This document shows positions 1 to 10,143 of a DNA stretch of 64,000 bases, in pieces; the stretch's first letter is position 1, and each line of letters opens with the position of its first letter. The position numbers and the translations under genes were made by a program. The stretch lies in the IMG/VR virus record IMGVR_UViG_3300031088_000737, positions 96,001-160,000 of that record, one strand, 5' to 3'. Origin of the DNA: a virus. Under the pieces are notes generated by a model. That model saw only the letters and a program-made list of their open reading frames with translations, did no database searches and had not been told where the DNA came from.

Positions 1-2259
1 GATGCTATTCGTCATATTTATGCAGGAGCTGCCACAGATATGGATGGTCGCCTTATATTATCTAACAATCGAGAGGATTTAGTTTTTGGTAAATTTATGG
101 AAGCCTTTGAACTGAGACTTCAAATGGGTGGTGTTCTCTTTATTGATAACCTTAATCAAGACCAAAAAGCAATTGACTCTTACATGGATCTTTTGAAAAA
201 ATTTGATTATGATTACCGTGTGGTTCAATTCCCATTGCAGCCTATTGAGTTTTATTATGCTCGTAACGATCAACGTGAACCTTATAAAAGATTGCCAAAA
301 GATGCGATTGATAGAAATTATGTGTTATTTCAGAATGCGTCATTTGATGATATGACAAAAATTATTACACCTGATGATGCGATTAAATTTGTTAAAGCTT
401 CACCAGAAGACTTAATGATTGATTTAAGTGGATATAATAAGATTCATTACATTGGTGATCTTCAAGGTTCCTTTTATCCATTAAAAAAGTATTTTGAACA
501 AGAAGGTGGTTTCAAAAAGAATGAATTCTATATCTTTGTAGGTGATTATATTGATCGTGGAATTGAAAATGATAAGTGTCTACACTTTTTAAGAAAGTAT
601 ATGGGTTATGATAACATTGTATTTCTTATGGGTAACCATGAGAAGCATTTGTATAACTACAGTAATGATATCTATACACCACCTGATGAATTCATGAAGA
701 AGACCTTGCCACAGCTTGAAAAAGCAGGTTTTACAAAAGAAGACATGAAAGAATTGTATCGTAAAATGCAATTGTTTAGCTTTATTCAATACAATGGACA
801 AAAAATCATGACCACACATGCTGGTTTGACGGCTATCCCTGAGTTTCCACGTCTCTTGTCTGATGATGAATACATGCGTGGTTATGGTCCATACAGCTAT
901 GATGTTGATGGTAAGTTTAATGAACAAAACAAAGACAATGAATGGTATCAAGTTCATGGTCATAGAAACCAACATAAACTAGATTTCAACAGTTATCCTA
1001 AAAGTTTTGCATTAGAAGCTGATGTTGAATATGGTGGTAGTTTGCCTGTATTGAGAGTCAGCCGTGAAGGTTTCAATGGTGTCTACATTACCAATAAAGT
1101 GTTTAATAAAGAAGAAGTCCTTAAAATGGAAAAAGCATCTGGCATGTTTGGTGTTGGTGAACCAGAAGGTGCTCTTGCTCATTTCTTAAACCGTAAAGTA
1201 GATGGTCACAAAAGTGGTGTTGAATTACTTCAAGAGTTGAGAAACAATAAGTTGTTGGTAGAAACTGTTTCTATTTCAAAGCCACATTTATCTACATTTA
1301 ATTTTAGCCATGATGTTGCTGACGCTAATATCCAAAAATCATCTGTTAAAATTCGTGGGCTTGTAGTGAATAACAAGACAGGTGATATCGTCACTCGTGG
1401 GTTTGATAAGTTTTATGCATTGAATGAAAAAGATGTTGCTGCTAATACATTAGAAGCTATTAAGGCAAAAGAAACGGGGGCTTTAAATGTATTTGAACAG
1501 GAAGATGGTCGTTTAGCCATGATTGGATATGACGTTGAAAATACTTCATTAGTGTTTACATCTAAACACGGAATTGATACTGCAGAAGCGGAGTCCTTTA
1601 AACAATTGATTTTGAGTAATCTTAAATCAAGTGAGCTTGAATTTATGAAAGTGTTTGCAAACAAACACAATGTTAACTATATTTTTGAAGTCATTGATCC
1701 AAAGAATGATTCAAACATCATTAAACCAGAGAATAGTTCTATTGTATTATTAGCAGTCGTAAAACGTGATGTTGTGCTATCACAATTAACATACGAAAAC
1801 TTAGAAGCCTTTGCTGGTCATTTTGAATCGCTTGAAGCTAAGAAAAAATTTGTAAGCTTTAACAACTTTGAAGGTTTTGAAAAATTCTGTAATGCCCTCA
1901 GTAATGAATCAGCATTCAAAACAAAAAGGCAAATGGAAGGATTTGTAGTAGAAGGAGCTGGTATGTTTATGGTTAAATTGCCTTACTATCAATTCTGGAA
2001 GTCAATGAGTGATTGCGTAAACCAAATCAATGTGGATGCTGTTAAAGGTGTTAAAACTGATCTCCCTGCTTTAGTAGAAGCATTAAATATCAAGTCAGAT
2101 GACAAGCCTAATGCGATTGAATTTTTGGAAAGTGTTAGAAGAATGTCGAAAGAAGAACGTGAATTAGATCTTGTGTCATTGAGAGAAAAGTTTTTGAGTT
2201 CAAGACCTGATCTTTCAGTTGTAGTAAAACCAAGAAAAAATAGGAACTCACCAAGTTAA
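1..2259 (+). CDS. Pnkp-like RNA end-healing/sealing protein (kinase remnant + metallophosphoesterase + RNA-ligase-like domain), 5'-truncated by the window
   Basis: The frame is open from base 1 (DAIRHIYAGAATD-MDG...). Phosphoesterase motifs GDLQG, GDYIDRG, GNHE, THAG and HGH are present. The C-terminal ligase-like motifs are RGFDKFY, EQEDG, SKHG and EGFVV. Confidence 0.75.
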   Translation, partial: DAIRHIYAGAATDMDGRLILSNNREDLVFGKFMEAFELRLQMGGVLFIDNLNQDQKAIDSYMDLLKKFDYDYRVVQFPLQPIEFYYARNDQREPYKRLPKDAIDRNYVLFQNASFDDMTKIITPDDAIKFVKASPEDLMIDLSGYNKIHYIGDLQGSFYPLKKYFEQEGGFKKNEFYIFVGDYIDRGIENDKCLHFLRKYMGYDNIVFLMGNHEKHLYNYSNDIYTPPDEFMKKTLPQLEKAGFTKEDMKELYRKMQLFSFIQYNGQKIMTTHAGLTAIPEFPRLLSDDEYMRGYGPYSYDVDGKFNEQNKDNEWYQVHGHRNQHKLDFNSYPKSFALEADVEYGGSLPVLRVSREGFNGVYITNKVFNKEEVLKMEKASGMFGVGEPEGALAHFLNRKVDGHKSGVELLQELRNNKLLVETVSISKPHLSTFNFSHDVADANIQKSSVKIRGLVVNNKTGDIVTRGFDKFYALNEKDVAANTLEAIKAKETGALNVFEQEDGRLAMIGYDVENTSLVFTSKHGIDTAEAESFKQLILSNLKSSELEFMKVFANKHNVNYIFEVIDPKNDSNIIKPENSSIVLLAVVKRDVVLSQLTYENLEAFAGHFESLEAKKKFVSFNNFEGFEKFCNALSNESAFKTKRQMEGFVVEGAGMFMVKLPYYQFWKSMSDCVNQINVDAVKGVKTDLPALVEALNIKSDDKPNAIEFLESVRRMSKEERELDLVSLREKFLSSRPDLSVVVKPRKNRNSPS

Positions 2260-2275
2260 CTAAAATCTTGAAATG

Positions 2276-2304
2276 AAAATACTCCTACGGGGGTATTTTT
2301 TTTT
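2276..2304 (+). terminator. Intrinsic terminator
   Basis: AAAATACTCC-TACG-GGGGTATTTT stem with a UNCG loop, followed by a T-run just after the stop codon. Confidence 0.85.
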
Positions 2305-2308
2305 GGAC

Positions 2309-2392
2309 AAAAAAAAGCTCATAAGTCGGATTGGGGGATAACTTATGAGCCAGTACAGTGGGTATATAACATTATTATTATTATTTGGGGGA
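2309..2392 (-). ncRNA. Candidate small RNA of about 84 nt
   Basis: Lies between a consensus promoter (2398-2426, minus) and a 10-bp hairpin plus T8 (2309-2350, minus). No start codon with an SD follows the predicted transcription start. Confidence 0.55.
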
Positions 2393-2397
2393 CGCTC

Positions 2398-2426
2398 ATT
2401 ATAGCTAAACGATACACAAAGGTCAA
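2398..2426 (-). promoter_or_regulatory. Sigma70 promoter TTGACC-N17-TATAAT
   Basis: Read directly on the minus strand. Confidence 0.75.
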
Positions 2427-2558
2427 GCATATTTAAACATATTTTTTACTTAATTTTCTTGACCATATGGTCCAGTACTAGAAAACACCTCTGGAAGCCT
2501 CTGTTTATCTAAGGTTATGATTTTATATAGTTTTTTTTTAAAAAAGAGCCTTTAAAAA

Positions 2559-2587
2559 TTGACAAAATGATAATGTAAATATATAAT
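2559..2587 (+). promoter_or_regulatory. Sigma70 promoter TTGACA-N17-TATAAT
   Basis: Perfect consensus upstream of the SD AAGGAG and the ATG at 2617. Confidence 0.85.
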
Positions 2588-2616
2588 AACAAGTATTATT
2601 CATTAAGGAGATAAAA

Positions 2617-3189
2617 ATGAAACAAGAAGTTGCTATTTGCAATAGCGTAGTAGACTTGGATGGTGTTAAGCAGAAACTAGCTAAAACCATTGCAAGACTT
2701 ATTGCTCATAAGAAACTAAAACAAAGAGAAGTTGAACAGCTTTTAAACATTAAACAGCCGCGTGTCAGTGATTTAGTAAATGGTAAAGTTGAGAAGTTTT
2801 CAATAGATTCTTTGTTGGAGTATTTAAACAAAATCGGTTATGTAATTGAGGGTTACCCGGCTGATGATGTTAACTATATCAACACAATTAAAACACGTTT
2901 GGTGACATCCATTGGTGAAATTATTGTTGCTAATAAATTCAAACAACGTCAAGTTCAAGAAATTCTTGATATTAAACAACCACGAGTGAGTGACTTGGTT
3001 AATAAAAAGATTGATAAATTTTCAGTCGATTCATTGATTGAATATTTTACCAAGATTGGTTATGTTTTTGAAGTGAACGTCATGGATTCAAGTAAAACGC
3101 CAGTGTCTATTCAATTTAAGACAGTGTGTAAAGAAATTAAGAAACCAAGAATGCCTAAAAAGCTTATCAAAGAGCATAAGGTTGCTTAA
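2617..3189 (+). CDS. Tandem two-domain XRE-family HTH regulator (HigA2/HTH_37-like)
   Basis: Two near-identical repeats KQR(E/Q)V..LL.IKQPRVSDLVN.K..KFS.DSL.EY..KIGY. Confidence 0.8.
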   Translation: MKQEVAICNSVVDLDGVKQKLAKTIARLIAHKKLKQREVEQLLNIKQPRVSDLVNGKVEKFSIDSLLEYLNKIGYVIEGYPADDVNYINTIKTRLVTSIGEIIVANKFKQRQVQEILDIKQPRVSDLVNKKIDKFSVDSLIEYFTKIGYVFEVNVMDSSKTPVSIQFKTVCKEIKKPRMPKKLIKEHKVA

Positions 3190-3234
3190 TCGTAATTGAT
3201 AGATGTAGAAAAAGGTCACTTCGGTGACCTTTTC

Positions 3235-3522
3235 TTATTCTATATCTATCTGGTTTAATCGGGCTGTTGTCACTTTTGCTCCTAATGTAAAGATACCAAT
3301 ATAATTAAGTGCTGCTCCCAATAAGAATACTGAGTCTAAATGCTCTTTTAGAATAATAATACAAACACAAGCATTTAAAAAACTAAGCAACACAATGGCG
3401 GCCATTTCAATATCGTAGACAGAACTCGTTACTATCAAATACTTGTATCTAAAATATTTGTAACATACGACACCAAAGATAAATAATGAAATACTGATTA
3501 AACCTATATGTATGTCTATCAT
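3235..3522 (-). CDS. Small membrane protein (3 predicted TM segments)
   Basis: Hydrophobic stretches; SD GGAG before the ATG at 3522. Confidence 0.55.
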   Translation of the reverse strand: MIDIHIGLISISLFIFGVVCYKYFRYKYLIVTSSVYDIEMAAIVLLSFLNACVCIIILKEHLDSVFLLGAALNYIGIFTLGAKVTTARLNQIDIE

Positions 3523-3566
3523 GATAAGCTCCAAAAAAAGACAATACCGTAATATTGTCTTATGGT

Positions 3567-4211
3567 TTATTTACATTTTTCACAACCGCATTTTGATTCT
3601 CTGAGTTCTTTCCTTAAATCTTCTATTTCTTTGAGTAGGATATTATAAACATATTCACTTTCAACAGTAAGGCTGGGTGCATAATATCCATGTATTCTTT
3701 CTATTTCATAGGTGTCAGCCGCTAGTTTGATGACTTGCACTTTTGAACGGAGATCAGTTAACAATTCTAATCCATCTGTTAATCTGTAGTCGTTCACATA
3801 AAATACTCGTTTAATGCCACTTTGTATAATTCTTTTTGAACATTCTATACATGGAATATGCGTTACAAATAAAGAAGCGTTTTTAACACTCAGTGTGCTT
3901 TGTTCTGCTTTTGACATACAGTTAGCTTCACCATGTAATGTAATCGGGTTTGTTACATCTTGTCCCGGTAACTCACATATGTTATCAAAACCAGAAGGTG
4001 TTCCATTGTATCCCATTAACATTTCATTATTAGGCGTTACAATTAAAGCCCCAACTTTTAGTCGAGCACAATAAGATAAACGACTGGCTTGAAAAGCCAT
4101 CGCCATATAGGTTTGAATGAACTTCAAATCGTGATGCTTACCTAATTTTTCTATTTCTGTTTCTATTTCATTATTATCCAACAACTGGTTAAAATCGCCA
4201 TATCTTGACAT
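3567..4211 (-). CDS. dCMP deaminase
   Basis: KVGALIV, GYNGTPSG, HGEAN (HxE) and PCIEC (PCxxC) zinc-deaminase motifs. Confidence 0.9.
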   Translation of the reverse strand: MSRYGDFNQLLDNNEIETEIEKLGKHHDLKFIQTYMAMAFQASRLSYCARLKVGALIVTPNNEMLMGYNGTPSGFDNICELPGQDVTNPITLHGEANCMSKAEQSTLSVKNASLFVTHIPCIECSKRIIQSGIKRVFYVNDYRLTDGLELLTDLRSKVQVIKLAADTYEIERIHGYYAPSLTVESEYVYNILLKEIEDLRKELRESKCGCEKCK

Positions 4212-4362
4212 TAAAAAATCCTCTTTTTATAAACTTTACACACAAAAGAGTATCATTAATTATTGATAAATCAATGCTTGTCGTCTTTTTTTTAATAATC
4301 TTTTTTTTGACTTTTCGTTTTTTGATGTTAACTTATTTCCTATTATTCAAGAGGAAATATAA

Positions 4363-5109
4363 ATGAACAAACCGTATAAAAATATATCTGATACCAACAC
4401 TGCTTTTGGCAACCTATTTGGATCAAGCGTTACTGGGACTACTGTTACTAACTATGAAAAACTTTATAACCAAGCCAAGAACCTTTATGATGAACTTGAT
4501 GAATTACGTGATGATGGGTTCGCTCTTTTAATTAAAGATCCTACTGATAAAAAGGGGCGTAAAGAAGTGGTTGACGCTGTTGCTGATTTACTTGTATTCC
4601 TTTATGGTTTACCACACTTCTTAAACGTTCAGTATGTTGAAGCAGTAGCAAATCCACATATCGTAGAGTTTTTAGGTGAAATACCAACACCAGAATTGTA
4701 CACCACTGTCTATGATGATATTAAAAACCTCATTGACGCCGTTATTGAAAGTATTCAAGAGAAAGCAACAGCTTCAGAAATCATGGCTGAAATTGTTAGT
4801 TTAGATACTTATCTTATGTCATTGTCCGCTTTCTATAAAGTTGATGTACCTAAATTAGTTCAAAAAGTGACTGATAGTAACATGAGCAAATTGTGTTTGA
4901 ACGATGAGGATACTGCAGCAACATTGAAATACTATCGTGACAAAGGTGTTGATGTGTATTCAAAAGATTCTCCATTGATTCAATCTAATGGTAAACCATT
5001 CCAAGTTGTTTACTCATCATCGGAGCAAACAGTGGATGGTAAAGTATACAGAGCACACAAATTCTTGAAATGTGTTAACTGGTTTGAACCTGACCTCTCA
5101 GATATTTAA
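4363..5109 (+). CDS. MazG-like / PRA-PH-like NTP pyrophosphohydrolase
   Basis: ELDEL...DAVADLL acidic helices and a V..SNMSK motif typical of phage all-alpha NTP-PPases. Confidence 0.7.
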   Translation: MNKPYKNISDTNTAFGNLFGSSVTGTTVTNYEKLYNQAKNLYDELDELRDDGFALLIKDPTDKKGRKEVVDAVADLLVFLYGLPHFLNVQYVEAVANPHIVEFLGEIPTPELYTTVYDDIKNLIDAVIESIQEKATASEIMAEIVSLDTYLMSLSAFYKVDVPKLVQKVTDSNMSKLCLNDEDTAATLKYYRDKGVDVYSKDSPLIQSNGKPFQVVYSSSEQTVDGKVYRAHKFLKCVNWFEPDLSDI

Positions 5110-5259
5110 TCATAGAATGTTTCAATAAATAAAGACGATAATTATCGTCTTTTTTATTTCTTATTTTATTGTTTATTTAGTAAAAATAAATATTTGTTTG
5201 TATATTGTATTCTATTTTAAACGATCTAAAATATAGGTAAGGACTAAAAGAGAATTATT

Positions 5260-5595
5260 ATGTTTAATAAAGCGATTATATCACTCTCACTATTTATGTC
5301 ATCTTCATCTGTTATGGCCGCAGTAAGCACTGCAGTTAACAGAACAATCGAACAAGGTGACTACATCAACCCTGATGTGTTAAAAGCCACCCTCATCACA
5401 TCATTATTATTCTTATGCGTATTTGCGGCTCTTATTTTACTAGCAATGAAAAGTAAAACAGTCATGGCGGCTAATGTGTTTAGAGTTTCAGCTATCATTG
5501 TATTAGTTATTTTGCTTTCAATGAAGTATGCAACGAATTATCATAAGATGAATTATTACAGCCCAACACCTATAGTTCAAATGCCCAATAAATAA
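5260..5595 (+). CDS. Membrane protein with signal peptide
   Basis: N-terminal signal-like segment ending VMA, plus two hydrophobic helices. Confidence 0.6.
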   Translation: MFNKAIISLSLFMSSSSVMAAVSTAVNRTIEQGDYINPDVLKATLITSLLFLCVFAALILLAMKSKTVMAANVFRVSAIIVLVILLSMKYATNYHKMNYYSPTPIVQMPNK

Positions 5596-5643
5596 TGACA
5601 AATCATTAATCGTATGTTATAGTTATTTTATTTGGAGTTTTAC

Positions 5644-6456
5644 ATGTCTTTTTATAATATAGCTCTTTCACTTTGTATTGGTGATGTTGAATTAGTCAGC
5701 ATACCTAGTCAATATTTAGAACCAATCAATTTTCCACACTCTCTTGAAGATATTAAAAATGTTGTGATAAATTTTGGTGACTCCTATGTAAAATGTGATA
5801 TAAAAATTGAATTTTCTTTTTTTAGTAATAATTTAAAAACCATTACTATTAATGGTAATGACATTTGTTATAAACGTTTATTTGAATTTTTGGATGAAAC
5901 GAATCCAACAGAACAAATATCAGTAGCTGGATTCGAAAGATTTCAACTTTCATTTTCATTAATGGCACAAATTGGTGGCGGATTTACTCGACGTATTCCT
6001 AACAAACCTGTTGTCCAGTCATATAAAAATGGAATTCTTGATGTTTTAGAATTTATGATGATTGATTATCATTATAATGTTACTGATTACTCGCAATTTA
6101 AACAGTGGCAAAAACCAACAACTTTATATTTCAATGAAGATGGGACAATTAAAGGACAATATTCCTATATTCGTTTCGAGAATCAAAGACGTAACAAGAA
6201 AATGGAAAAGATTCAAATTGATGAGTACATAAAAACAATGAATGCATTGATAGGTCAAAATCTTAAATTAAATTATCAAACATATGAATTTGAATTTGAA
6301 AACTACACATTAAATTTAGTCGATGAATTAATTATTGATATGTATTTTTATTTTGATGATTATAAAATAAATAAAGAAATAACATTTAACAATAGAGATT
6401 ATTTATTTCATTTAACACCTGATGAACGAATAGTATTGCAGATGCAAGTAATTTAA
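5644..6456 (+). CDS. Hypothetical protein, paralog of 6508-7317, M-x-x-I tail
   Basis: Shares FP...EDI..VVI with the next gene; ends LTPDERIVLQMQVI. Confidence 0.7.
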   Translation: MSFYNIALSLCIGDVELVSIPSQYLEPINFPHSLEDIKNVVINFGDSYVKCDIKIEFSFFSNNLKTITINGNDICYKRLFEFLDETNPTEQISVAGFERFQLSFSLMAQIGGGFTRRIPNKPVVQSYKNGILDVLEFMMIDYHYNVTDYSQFKQWQKPTTLYFNEDGTIKGQYSYIRFENQRRNKKMEKIQIDEYIKTMNALIGQNLKLNYQTYEFEFENYTLNLVDELIIDMYFYFDDYKINKEITFNNRDYLFHLTPDERIVLQMQVI

Positions 6457-6507
6457 TGATTGACATTATAATAATATAAACCTAACATAATAATAGGAGG
6501 TTTTATC

Positions 6508-7317
6508 ATGTCAAAGCATGTCGATATGTCATTTACTGCAGCTAATAAGGAAATATTAAGTGTATCTGGGGTTACTTTTGATAACACTTCCTTCCCATTT
6601 GTCTACGAAGACATTGAAAAAGTTGTTATTTTAGTTGATGATGACTTTGAAGAAACAAAAGTAGTTGGATTAAATATTTACTTATTGGTTGATCATGAAA
6701 CCAAACTCTTTAGATTTAATATCTTCGATAGCGATTTAACAACACTCTTTAAAACGATTGATAGTTCAGTAAAACCTCTGGTGATTGGCTTTGACCCTTA
6801 TTTTCAATTAATGAGCGTTAAATTTATACCAAAAGGTATCTATGGCTTATACAAGGATAATGTTAACAAACCTGTTAGAACTGTTTATGATGAATTAGGC
6901 ATAGTAAAAAACTTAACCTATCTGGATGTTGATCCTAATCAGTCGGATTTGAATTATTACAATGCATCTTGTCATACAACCCCTAAGTTTATTGCCTACA
7001 ATGAATTTGGTGAATTGGATGAAGACAATTCGTATTTCTCAATACATAGAAAGAACACCACTTTCATTGTGGCCACTTATAAAGACCACTTAGCTTTAAT
7101 AGAAAATATCACTAAGAAAAAGGCTTTTTTTAATTTGGAAGAACACAAAGTGATGATTGAAAATGAATTGCTTTCTGTTAATGACCTCATCTTATTAAGG
7201 CTCTATTATTCCTTTAATTATTACAAACTTAAATTTAATCTCGAATATCAATCGAAAGAAGATATTTTTAATTTTTCCGATAACGATAAAGCCTTAATTT
7301 CTATGTTATTGTTCTAA
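6508..7317 (+). CDS. Hypothetical protein, paralog of 5644-6456, M-x-x-F tail
   Basis: Own TTGACA promoter and AGGAGG SD; ends FSDNDKALISMLLF. Confidence 0.7.
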   Translation: MSKHVDMSFTAANKEILSVSGVTFDNTSFPFVYEDIEKVVILVDDDFEETKVVGLNIYLLVDHETKLFRFNIFDSDLTTLFKTIDSSVKPLVIGFDPYFQLMSVKFIPKGIYGLYKDNVNKPVRTVYDELGIVKNLTYLDVDPNQSDLNYYNASCHTTPKFIAYNEFGELDEDNSYFSIHRKNTTFIVATYKDHLALIENITKKKAFFNLEEHKVMIENELLSVNDLILLRLYYSFNYYKLKFNLEYQSKEDIFNFSDNDKALISMLLF

Positions 7318-7380
7318 CATATAGATTGACATTTAAATTAAATAAGATACTATTTATACACCAATTTAGGAGTATATATT

Positions 7381-7569
7381 ATGGCAATATCAGCAAGTTT
7401 AAAAGAAGCAATATTAGCAATACCAGATGATGGTTTTTGGAAATCAAGTGCAGAAGACAGTTTTCTTGATGCGGGTGCATTGTTGGCTGAAAAAGGTTTA
7501 GCCGAAGATGAAATTGTTGATTTGTTGAATGATTTGTATTATGCAGCAGCATCTTGCTATGGTGGTTAA
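7381..7569 (+). CDS. Small acidic hypothetical protein
   Basis: TTGACA promoter, SD AGGAG, followed by a bidirectional terminator. Confidence 0.7.
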   Translation: MAISASLKEAILAIPDDGFWKSSAEDSFLDAGALLAEKGLAEDEIVDLLNDLYYAAASCYGG

Positions 7570-7612
7570 CACTAACTAAATTGAATACTAAAAAACCGCT
7601 TTCTAGCGGTTT

Positions 7613-8407
7613 TTAAATAGTTCCCATTTCAATAATTTTCATGTAATCTATTTTTTCTTCAGTTGTTAGTTGTTTTAAATCAGCCATTGTCATTTTAAAA
7701 TTATTTTTTAGTAAGACATCCATATGTTCTTTTACTTTTGATTCATAATCATTTTTAAAGCCTAACAATTCTACTTCCTGATTACATTTGTTATCTTCAT
7801 GAATGTTTAAATATAGGTAATACCGTTTTTTAGCAGATACAGGGTAGGAAACTGTCAAAACAGGCTGTAGTTTGTTATTCTTAACTATGAATCTTAGTTC
7901 TATATTAATTGTACAAGCATAAACCATTTTTTTGTAATCTGGATCAAATTCAACTAAGGCATTTGAAAGCGTTACGACACCAGCCGTTTTGAATGAGCTG
8001 TTTTTTTCAATCAATTTACTTTTAAATTGTCCTTCTATCGAGCAGTCTTTTATTTCAATTTTTTTCACGAATCCATATCGTTCACCAATGATATTGAAAT
8101 CATTAAACATATTATTTAGATAAGTGTAGTCATAGTTTTTATTTCCAAATAACTGATCAATAGTTTCGTTTTCTACATATCTAAATTTCATCGAACAGTG
8201 ATAGTCATACGACATATTGGGAATCAATCGTTGAGGTTTAGCAAACACACAGGCTACGGTACTGGTATTGTATTTAACTGTTTCATCAATGCCTACAACT
8301 TCATAAATGGAATACTTGTCTTTTGGACACAAATACTTTTCAAAGGATGTATTATCAAACATCTCATGATAGGCTGCTAATACTACCTCTGCATTGATCA
8401 TAGACAC
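7613..8407 (-). CDS. Tandem paralog family A, member 6
   Basis: NYDY motif and QPVLTVSYP..HED motif; ends LTTEEKIDYMKIIEMGTI. Confidence 0.75.
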   Translation of the reverse strand: MSMINAEVVLAAYHEMFDNTSFEKYLCPKDKYSIYEVVGIDETVKYNTSTVACVFAKPQRLIPNMSYDYHCSMKFRYVENETIDQLFGNKNYDYTYLNNMFNDFNIIGERYGFVKKIEIKDCSIEGQFKSKLIEKNSSFKTAGVVTLSNALVEFDPDYKKMVYACTINIELRFIVKNNKLQPVLTVSYPVSAKKRYYLYLNIHEDNKCNQEVELLGFKNDYESKVKEHMDVLLKNNFKMTMADLKQLTTEEKIDYMKIIEMGTI

Positions 8408-8412
8408 TCCGA

Positions 8413-9258
8413 TTAAATCATGGACATTTCAGCAACTTTCAAATAATTCAATTTATCTTCAAAGGTTAATGTTGCTAAATATTTATTTTTTAGTTTTAAT
8501 TCTTTTCTTAAAATCATATCCACTCTTTCTTTTAATACGATATCTAACTTAGACATCGCTTTTTCGAGTTGTCGTTCATTAAACGCTTGTCCATCTGGAT
8601 GAATATCAACAGTAATGAACATTTTGTCACTGATAGAAATGGGGAATGTAATCTCTGCTAATGGATGAATAACACCGTTAGTGACAGCAAACTTATAGAC
8701 TATTGTAATTCTTCGGCTTCTTAATTTACCATTTCTGGTGTTGTTTTTAGTTTTGAAGAAGTCTGCAAAATTAACTTCTGATATCTTAGTCTCAGTGGGA
8801 ATAAGTTTTGTAGAAATTCCTTTAAATTGATAAGCTTTTTTAAAGTAATGATGAAGAGCGGGATCTTTAATGGTTTCCAATGATTCAAATAAAGCATGTT
8901 GTTGCCCCATTGCAAAGCAATCATTGATAACTTTATTGACAATTTCATAATTATAGTTCACTTGACTAAATAGAGAACTTACAAATTTTTTGTTGAGATT
9001 AGAAAACTGTAAATAAGTATAAAACTGATAATCTTCTTTTTCTTGTGGATACCCAGTGTTATAACTAAAAGCCATATATATTTCTTCATTTTCTTCATCA
9101 ATTTCTTTTTGCTTAACAGCTTTATTTCTTGATTTAATAACCCCAACGACACCCGTACTTGTACTAGAGTTTGCGTCGTAAAACGAAGGCTTATCAAAAG
9201 CGGTTCCCTCAAAAAGTTTTAAATAGGCGTCTAAGCAGGTTATTTGACTTTCATTCAT
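8413..9258 (-). CDS. Tandem paralog family A, member 5
   Basis: NYNYE and HPL..ITFP..HPD motifs; ends LTFEDKLNYLKVAEMSMI. Confidence 0.75.
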   Translation of the reverse strand: MNESQITCLDAYLKLFEGTAFDKPSFYDANSSTSTGVVGVIKSRNKAVKQKEIDEENEEIYMAFSYNTGYPQEKEDYQFYTYLQFSNLNKKFVSSLFSQVNYNYEIVNKVINDCFAMGQQHALFESLETIKDPALHHYFKKAYQFKGISTKLIPTETKISEVNFADFFKTKNNTRNGKLRSRRITIVYKFAVTNGVIHPLAEITFPISISDKMFITVDIHPDGQAFNERQLEKAMSKLDIVLKERVDMILRKELKLKNKYLATLTFEDKLNYLKVAEMSMI

Positions 9259-9288
9259 GTAAGGCTCCATAATTTAACAGTAACGGTA

Positions 9289-10107
9289 TCATATTTCCGA
9301 CATTTCTGCAATCGTTAAATAGTTGATTTTATCTTCTGTTGTTAACGTTGCTAATGTTTTATTAGTAAATTGTAATTCTTTTTTTAACACCTGATTGACT
9401 CTTTTAATCAATCTTTCTTCTAGTTCAGATGAGTATTTGATCAATCGTTCTTCAGCTTCTTGTTTCTGATCCGGGTGGATATCAAATGCGAGTTCTATAC
9501 TGGCATTGGGTGCTACAGGGTAATCAATCATTGCTATTGGATGAATTTCATTGTTTCTTAAAACAAAATGATAACATAAGGTCATATTTTTACCTTTTAA
9601 TTTTTTTGCACCTCTTTCTAGTTTATGCAGTTCAGTCTTATAGAAATTTGAAAACTGTATATTTGAAATATTTTTTGTGCTGGCAAATTGTGTGTTTTCG
9701 TAATGCGTCCACAAATATCTTGAAACTAACGTTTCTTCAATTTTAATATATTTAACTGGCTTTAAAGTTTTAAACAACTTATAGGTTTCACCTAGTGTGT
9801 ATAAATGTTTTATTGCTTTTTCAATGAATGCATAATTATATTGATGTGGCTTTAACAGTTCCCTCACTGTTTTTATGTTTATATTTTCGAAGCCAATGAC
9901 ACATTCTTTTTCATAATCCACACATTTATTTGGAAATCCAACCTTATCCTTAAATCTAAATATTACCTTAGATGAAGATTCTTTCATATCTACGATGAAT
10001 GCATGGTTGAAATAATGATTACTTTCACCTGTATTGATTTGATCGATGTCTTGATCTTTAAAAAAGTCTTTACAGACTTGAATAAGATTGTTTTGTTCTT
10101 CGCTCAT
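9289..10107 (-). CDS. Tandem paralog family A, member 4
   Basis: QYNYA and HPI..IDYP..HPD motifs; ends LTTEDKINYLTIAEMSEI. Confidence 0.75.
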   Translation of the reverse strand: MSEEQNNLIQVCKDFFKDQDIDQINTGESNHYFNHAFIVDMKESSSKVIFRFKDKVGFPNKCVDYEKECVIGFENINIKTVRELLKPHQYNYAFIEKAIKHLYTLGETYKLFKTLKPVKYIKIEETLVSRYLWTHYENTQFASTKNISNIQFSNFYKTELHKLERGAKKLKGKNMTLCYHFVLRNNEIHPIAMIDYPVAPNASIELAFDIHPDQKQEAEERLIKYSSELEERLIKRVNQVLKKELQFTNKTLATLTTEDKINYLTIAEMSEI

Positions 10108-10143
10108 TAATATCTCCAGTGGTATTTTATTCTTTGATTACAT

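Noticed and set aside
2343-2399. Minus-strand leader MSVPQIIIIMLYTHCTGS with four ATA codons
   Set aside because: Its ATG overlaps the -10 box, so it would not be in the transcript, and no gene lies downstream in that direction.
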